IMG/VR virus record: IMGVR_UViG_3300022752_000053 | DNA from: an uncultured virus (IMG/VR IMGVR_UViG_3300022752_000053) | Taxonomy: Duplodnaviria > Heunggongvirae > Uroviricota > Caudoviricetes | Reading direction: 5' to 3' (one strand) | DNA: 20,000 bases | Shown: positions 15,020-20,000 of the stretch, in pieces | Layout: each line of letters begins with the position of its first letter | How positions within the stretch are numbered: the stretch's first letter is position 1 | Notes under the pieces: model-generated | Database searches by the model: none | What the model was told of the DNA's origin: nothing | Seen by the model: only the letters and a program-made list of their open reading frames with translations | Translations under genes and position numbers: made by a program

Positions 15020-15450
15020 ATATTTAAATCTTTCTCTGTAATTACTTTAAATTCCATCATCCTATCCTTACAATATTCTCTTGCTGCTTCCCATTTTGCT
15101 TGATTTTTTGCATATTCGGTAACTTCGGTAATATATTTTTTACTTTTTGTTTTTTGTGGTTTTGGACCATTTACTTGTTTAAGTGGTTTTACTTCAACGA
15201 CATATTTTTTGATTCCACCAATTTTATCTTTTACTTTGATGTAAAAATCTGGAAAGTATCGATGCACTCTTCCATCTAAAGGTGATACATATGGAATCCA
15301 AAACTCTTCACTTTTCCATTCTAGGATGCTGTCATTTCCATCACACCATCTCATAAATTTTAATTCCCAAAGAGATCTATAGATGATATTTGTTGGATCA
15401 CCTTTGTATTTTTGATAGTTTATCGGTTTAAACTTTCCTTTATAACTCAT
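15016..15450 (-). CDS. gp4: Head completion nuclease gp4 (TnsA-like)
   Basis: YKGKFKP.N..KYKGDPTNIIYRSLWE, HRYFPDF, VEVKP and NQAKWEAA. Confidence 0.93.
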   Translation of the reverse strand: MSYKGKFKPINYQKYKGDPTNIIYRSLWELKFMRWCDGNDSILEWKSEEFWIPYVSPLDGRVHRYFPDFYIKVKDKIGGIKKYVVEVKPLKQVNGPKPQKTKSKKYITEVTEYAKNQAKWEAAREYCKDRMMEFKVITEKDLNI

Positions 15451-15476
15451 CTACATAGTATATAATCACTAAGTAT

Positions 15477-15484
15477 TATTTATT
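15477..15484 (-). promoter_or_regulatory. T4-like late promoter for gp4
   Basis: AATAAATA on the minus strand, 26 nt upstream of the ATG. Confidence 0.6.
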
Positions 15485-15490
15485 TTTCCG

Positions 15491-16342
15491 ATGTCTGGAA
15501 ATATTCCAAATAAAAGAGTAGTTAAAACTTCTGATTATATTTCTAAGTTTTTAACACTCGCACAAACCTCACAATATTATGTACAATTTGGTTTGACTGA
15601 AACAAGTTCTAAAAAAACTTTAAATACTCAATTGGGTAGTCCAAATGTTGGTCTAAGATCCTTCCTTTTTAATAATATTATTGGTGGATTTAATGAAGAA
15701 AATATTGGAATGTTATGCTGTGAGGCAGCTTTACCTGGAAATAGTTTTGCAACCACTGAAGTAAATAATGATTTTTATGGAGTGACTCAAAAGTTTCCAT
15801 ATCGCAAAATTTATAGTGATTTGCAATTAACTTTTTATGTGGATTCTAATTATAATGTGCTTAAATTTTTTGAAAATTGGATGAAGTTTATTGCAAGTCC
15901 AAATGGATGGGGAAGAGCAATTCAAGAAGGTGGATCTGAATCATCGTTTAGATTTCATTATCCAGCAAATTATAAATGTAACATTTATATGGAAAAATTT
16001 GAAAAAGATCCTAGAAGTAAATCAACTTTTGCTTATCGATTTGTAAATGCATTTCCATTTGATATTACTTCTATGCCAGTATCTTATGACAATTCTGATA
16101 TATTAAAGTGTAGTGTTACTTTTTCATATGATAGATATATTTCTGATCCAGGAGGGTCAATTTATGGATCTGCAAATGTTCCAATTATGAATCCTCAACG
16201 CGATAAATCTTCTCCATCAAAACTAAATCTTGATGCAATCGAAGCAGCAGATATTCAATATACTCAATCCCTTAAATCTGGAAATCTCGATGCAATCGAA
16301 GCAGCAGATATTCAATATACTAGAGCATTAAATTACAAATAA
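15491..16342 (+). CDS. Tail-tube-fold baseplate protein (gp54/gp19-like)
   Basis: LCCEAALPG, LTFYVD...FFENWM and Y.FVNAFP..ITSMPVSYD..DILKCSVTFSY. Confidence 0.75.
   Translation: MSGNIPNKRVVKTSDYISKFLTLAQTSQYYVQFGLTETSSKKTLNTQLGSPNVGLRSFLFNNIIGGFNEENIGMLCCEAALPGNSFATTEVNNDFYGVTQKFPYRKIYSDLQLTFYVDSNYNVLKFFENWMKFIASPNGWGRAIQEGGSESSFRFHYPANYKCNIYMEKFEKDPRSKSTFAYRFVNAFPFDITSMPVSYDNSDILKCSVTFSYDRYISDPGGSIYGSANVPIMNPQRDKSSPSKLNLDAIEAADIQYTQSLKSGNLDAIEAADIQYTRALNYK
16225..16321 (+). repeat. In-frame direct repeat, 40 bp x2, period 57 bp
   Basis: AAATCT(T/C)GATGCAATCGAAGCAGCAGATATTCAATATACT at 16225-16264 and 16282-16321 (39/40 identical), encoding NLDAIEAADIQYT twice. Confidence 0.95.
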
Positions 16343-16345
16343 ATA
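16338..16345 (+). promoter_or_regulatory. T4-like late promoter
   Basis: AATAAATA overlapping the stop, 26 nt before the next ATG. Confidence 0.6.
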
Positions 16346-16371
16346 ATCAGACCTGAAATCTATAGGACATC

Positions 16372-17094
16372 ATGCCTTTACCAAAAATTGCGACTCCATC
16401 ATATGATATTGAGTTGCCTTCAACAAAACAAGAAATCAAATATAGACCTTTTTTAGTTAAAGAAGAAAAGGTATTAGTGATTGCATTGGAAAGTCAAGAT
16501 AATAAACAAGTTTCCAATGCAATCAAAACAGTTTTGAATAACTGTATTCTCACAAAAGGAATTAAAGTAGAAAAACTTCCAACATTTGATATTGAATATC
16601 TCTTTTTAAATATCAGAGGTAAATCTGTTGGAGAAGAAGTTGAAGTTAGTGTAATTTGTCCAGATGATGGAGAAACAACTACGAATGTAAAAATTCAGTT
16701 GGATGAAATTAAGGTTATTGAAAATCCTGAGCATAACAATAAGATTAAACTTGATGATAACTTGACGATGGAATTGAGATATCCATCCTTAGATCAATTT
16801 ATTAAGAGTAATTTTGATTTTAATAGCGAAACAACTAATTTGGAGAATTCATTTGATTTAATTGCTTCATGTATTGATAAAATTTATAATAAAGAAGAGT
16901 GCTGGGCATCTGAAGATTGCACTCAGAAAGAATTGATTGATTTCTTGGATCAAATGAATACTACACAATTTAAAGAAGTTGAAAAATTCTTTGAAACAAT
17001 GCCAAAACTTTCTCATACGATTGAAGTCACTAATCCCAAAACAAAAATAAAGAGTAGTGTCGTTTTGGAGGGATTAACAAGTTTTTTCGCGTAA
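16372..17094 (+). CDS. gp26: Baseplate hub assembly protein (gp26-like)
   Basis: MPLPKI.TP.Y, YRPFLVKEEK, FDIEYLFLNIRGKSVGE, FFETMPKL and LEGLTSFF. Confidence 0.88.
   Translation: MPLPKIATPSYDIELPSTKQEIKYRPFLVKEEKVLVIALESQDNKQVSNAIKTVLNNCILTKGIKVEKLPTFDIEYLFLNIRGKSVGEEVEVSVICPDDGETTTNVKIQLDEIKVIENPEHNNKIKLDDNLTMELRYPSLDQFIKSNFDFNSETTNLENSFDLIASCIDKIYNKEECWASEDCTQKELIDFLDQMNTTQFKEVEKFFETMPKLSHTIEVTNPKTKIKSSVVLEGLTSFFA
17082..17088 (+). other. Candidate -1 ribosomal frameshift heptamer T TTT TTC
   Basis: X XXY YYZ in the gp26 frame; the -1 frame runs without a stop into the 17097 ORF. Confidence 0.55.
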
Positions 17095-17096
17095 GT

Positions 17097-17273
17097 ATGA
17101 GTCATATTGACCTAGAATCCTTTTATAAAATAAATTTCGCATTGATGCAGTATCATAAATACTCATTAACAGAGATTGAAAATTGGATTCCTTGGGAAAG
17201 AGACGTTTATGTGGCTCTGCTTAAACAGCATTTAGAAGAAGAAAAATTAAGACAGCAAGCAAATGGCAGTTGA
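17097..17273 (+). CDS. gp51: gp51-like baseplate hub assembly protein (58 aa), not in the ORF track
   Basis: MSHIDLESFYKINFALMQYHKYSLTEIENWIPWERDVYVALLKQHLEEEKLRQQANGS. Confidence 0.8.
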   Translation: MSHIDLESFYKINFALMQYHKYSLTEIENWIPWERDVYVALLKQHLEEEKLRQQANGS

Positions 17274-19779
17274 TGCACCATCAGGATTACCTATAAAGTG
17301 GTTTCCAATTAGTCAATCTGGGGCTAACGTTTGGGGCATCCTTAAAGCCAAATTGACCGGAAAGAAAACTGATTTTGGACATTATTCTTCTGAAGTAAAT
17401 CTTTCCGAATCTGATGCTGACAGACTGATTGAAAATATTAAAAAAGATCCTAATGGATATCCATATCTTGATGATCATAGTGGTCAATATGATGAGAAAT
17501 ACCAAAAGTGGTTAGTAGATGAATATCTTGAAAAACCATTTCCCAAACAAACAGATAAAAAGATTGAAGATGTAGAAGTTAATAAATTATTTGCAAAATC
17601 AACTGCTACTGCAACAAAAGAAAAACCAAAGGGAGCATTAGTTGCTGTTGGAAAAAGGGGTGAAGATCTTGTTGATGAAGAAATTGATGAAAGAATTCTT
17701 CGTATTCTTGGTTTAGAAGATACCTTTGATATTGATTATGCGACATATAAAAGTCTTCTGAAGGAGCAATCTGTTTTAATTTCTACTGGAAAATCTAATC
17801 TTCCTCGTGAAGAGGAAATGATAATTCAAGAAGAATTTAAAAGAATTAAAGGTGAAGTTGGTAGATTTAAAATTAAAAAGAAGAAAATATCTGCAGATTC
17901 ATTTTTTGGAAAAAATGTTAAAGATAACAATGCAATTGTAAAATATCAACAACCAAATCTTGCAATAACAACATCTAAAATTAAACCAACCGCAGAAAAT
18001 ATTGTTGGTGAAAATGTAGAAATATTAGAAAGAATTGAGAAATTAATTCGTGAAATTCAAAATCAATTAACAGATGAAGAAAAATTAAATAAAGGTCTTT
18101 CCGAAAAAGAAAGAAGAAAAAGGGAAAGATATGAAAAAACTAAAAAGGAAGATAAATTAGAATCTTTTAAATCAAATATATCTTCTACCTTTAAAAAAAT
18201 AATTGCTCCTGTTCAAGGTATTTTTGATAGGATATTTAATGCCTTTAAACTATTGTTATTTGGGTGGGCAATAGATAAACTGTTTAAATTTATTCGTAAT
18301 CCTGAAAATGAAAAGACTGTAACTGCGGTCTTTGATTTTCTTTCAAGAAATATTGGAAAATTAGTTTTATTATACTTTTTACTCAATTCACCATTTGTAA
18401 AAATTACTCGATGGTTGGGTAAAAATTTAATTAAATTCCTTGTAAGAATGGCAGCAGACCTCTTAAGAGGTAAAGGAATTCTTAATGGGATAAGGGGTGG
18501 AAAGTTATTAAAAGGATTAAAAGGTGCCCAAGGATTGTTGGGTGGTGCAAGAGCAGTTGCAACAAATCCAGTTGTATTGGGCACTGCTGCAATTGCTGGA
18601 ACAGCAATCTTATCAAATGAAGTTACTGGACAAAGAGAAGCAGCTCCAATACAAGCAGATCAGAAGGCAAAAGCAGATAGAGGTAAAGGCACTTCTCTTC
18701 AAGGTGTGGGCGGTGTTGGAGACATGGGAGCACCATCTCCTACAGGATCTTTACAGGGACTTGACACTGGAGCAGATAAACGACAAAATTTTAAAGATGG
18801 TGGTAGTGTAAAAGGACCTGGGGGAGTTGATAATGTAAAAGCAAACTTAACTCGTGGTGAATTTGTTGTTGCTGCCCCAGCAGTGAAAAAGATTGGTTTA
18901 GAAAATTTGATGGCAATGAATGCCATGGGTGGTGGAGATAATAATCCAAAAATTAAAAATGGTGAAATGTATGCTGCGGGAGGTGGATACTCTGGGGGAA
19001 TTGAGTATTTTAGTAGTAATGATGGGCAAGTAAATAAACCTTTACTTCCAAAAAAACAATATAGCTTTGCAGATACAAAATTACACCATGGCAACCAAGC
19101 AGATTCTGCAAAAAGAGCAAATGGATTTCCTAGAGACTATACTTTGTTAGATGGTACAAATTTACAGTCATCACCAAACTCAAAAATTCCAATTCCAGTT
19201 GATGGACAAGTCTTGGAGAAAAATCCAACTCCTGGTGGTGGATATGGAAATCATGTTATTGTTAAAACTAGTTTGGGGAATATGTTATTTGGACATTTGA
19301 GTAAATTTGGAAGTATTAAAGTCGGAGATAATGTAAGTGCTGGCACAATAATGGGAGTTCAGGGTAATACTCCTGGTGGAATGGCAGATCACTTGCACAT
19401 AGATGCCTCGCCAGCAGGACATGAAGCATTTATTAACTATATCACTTCCGGAAAAGCAGTTCATGGATCAACTAGTGGTAGTAGTTCTGATGATTCGCAA
19501 ACTACAGATACAAATGAACCAAAACCTAGTGATTTGACTTTATCTCCAGAAGATTCAAAAATGGCAAATGCATATTTGCAATATATCACTCAACCAATGG
19601 CAAGAGGTTTAGATATCTTGCCTACGATTGATAAAATTTCTACACCATCTGTTTCTTCTGCCTCTGGACCTAGCAACGATCAGCAAACAAGAGTTCCTTC
19701 TGGATCTGCCACAAATCCAAATAATCCTCAAGCATTAGCAGCTGCATCACGTCGTCAATTGACAGGAGCAACAAGATAA
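17263..19779 (+). CDS. Large tape-measure/hub-like structural protein with a C-terminal M23 peptidase domain
   Basis: Charged coiled coil, hydrophobic helices, GG.VKGPGGVD.V.A.LT.GEFVV motif, and M23 pattern GGYGNHVIV...FGHL...VGD.V.AG...G.T...HLH. Confidence 0.75.
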   Translation: MAVDAPSGLPIKWFPISQSGANVWGILKAKLTGKKTDFGHYSSEVNLSESDADRLIENIKKDPNGYPYLDDHSGQYDEKYQKWLVDEYLEKPFPKQTDKKIEDVEVNKLFAKSTATATKEKPKGALVAVGKRGEDLVDEEIDERILRILGLEDTFDIDYATYKSLLKEQSVLISTGKSNLPREEEMIIQEEFKRIKGEVGRFKIKKKKISADSFFGKNVKDNNAIVKYQQPNLAITTSKIKPTAENIVGENVEILERIEKLIREIQNQLTDEEKLNKGLSEKERRKRERYEKTKKEDKLESFKSNISSTFKKIIAPVQGIFDRIFNAFKLLLFGWAIDKLFKFIRNPENEKTVTAVFDFLSRNIGKLVLLYFLLNSPFVKITRWLGKNLIKFLVRMAADLLRGKGILNGIRGGKLLKGLKGAQGLLGGARAVATNPVVLGTAAIAGTAILSNEVTGQREAAPIQADQKAKADRGKGTSLQGVGGVGDMGAPSPTGSLQGLDTGADKRQNFKDGGSVKGPGGVDNVKANLTRGEFVVAAPAVKKIGLENLMAMNAMGGGDNNPKIKNGEMYAAGGGYSGGIEYFSSNDGQVNKPLLPKKQYSFADTKLHHGNQADSAKRANGFPRDYTLLDGTNLQSSPNSKIPIPVDGQVLEKNPTPGGGYGNHVIVKTSLGNMLFGHLSKFGSIKVGDNVSAGTIMGVQGNTPGGMADHLHIDASPAGHEAFINYITSGKAVHGSTSGSSSDDSQTTDTNEPKPSDLTLSPEDSKMANAYLQYITQPMARGLDILPTIDKISTPSVSSASGPSNDQQTRVPSGSATNPNNPQALAAASRRQLTGATR

Positions 19780-19780
19780 T

Positions 19781-20000
19781 ATGGCAATATCTACACAAAA
19801 ATTACTACCACCAAGAAAATCTGCATCAATCAATTCTTCGATTGTAAAGGTTTCTGCTGAAAATCTTTCATTAAACACTTTCAAAAAAATAAAACCTACA
19901 GAAACCCCACAAGAAGATAAGAAAATTCCAAAAAAATTAATTGGAATTGAAAATGTCATTGTAAGCATTCGTAATTTATTAAAGAGAAGAGAAGAAAAAA
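19781..20000 (+). CDS. 5' end of the next large structural protein (partial)
   Basis: ATG 1 nt after the previous stop; MAISTQKLLPPRK... is open to the window edge. Confidence 0.7.
   Translation, partial: MAISTQKLLPPRKSASINSSIVKVSAENLSLNTFKKIKPTETPQEDKKIPKKLIGIENVIVSIRNLLKRREEK

Noticed and set aside
15016..15450. Transposase (TnsA)
   Set aside because: The fold is shared with T4 gp4; context and motifs indicate the head completion protein, with no transposon ends
16225..16321. Mini-CRISPR interpretation of the 40-bp repeat
   Set aside because: Only two copies, a 17-bp gap, in-frame within a CDS, and no cas genes or leader
17154..17161. CATAAATA inside the gp51-like ORF as a late promoter
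   Set aside because: It coincides with His-Lys-Tyr codons and is about 100 nt from the next start; cannot be distinguished from chance
1..20000. tRNA or rRNA genes
   Set aside because: No cloverleaf or T-loop signature was seen in any intergenic gap

Overview
This is a 20-kb segment of a T4-like cyanomyovirus (Kyanoviridae-type, probably freshwater). The left part (1-5.7 kb) is an accessory host-takeover and lysis region. It encodes an SLH + small beta-barrel outer-membrane protein, an HliA/B-type high-light-inducible protein, a C39-like peptidase and a GH19 endolysin, an intron-less psbA (D1) with a PhotoRC-II-like 5' leader, a free-standing HNH endonuclease and speD. The middle (5.7-12.3 kb) is the conserved core block: glutaredoxin, hypotheticals, thyX, phoH, exonuclease, gp33, gp59, DUF1825-like protein and gp32. 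The right part (12.4-20 kb) holds baseplate/tail genes: gp53, gp48, gp2-like, gp4, gp54/19-like, gp26-like, gp51-like and a tape-measure-like protein with an M23 peptidase. The most notable signals are: (i) an in-frame T TTT TTC slippery site that would fuse gp26-like to gp51-like by -1 frameshift just before the tape-measure-like gene, a lambda G/GT-like layout; (ii) HLR1/RpaB-like boxes over the start sites of both photosynthesis genes; (iii) synonymous recoding of the 3' part of psbA next to the HNH gene; (iv) a chimeric SLH-barrel outer-membrane protein; (v) terminator hairpins carrying the next promoter's -35 box in the loop; (vi) unannotated small ORFs. All family assignments come from recognising motifs by eye, not from database searches.
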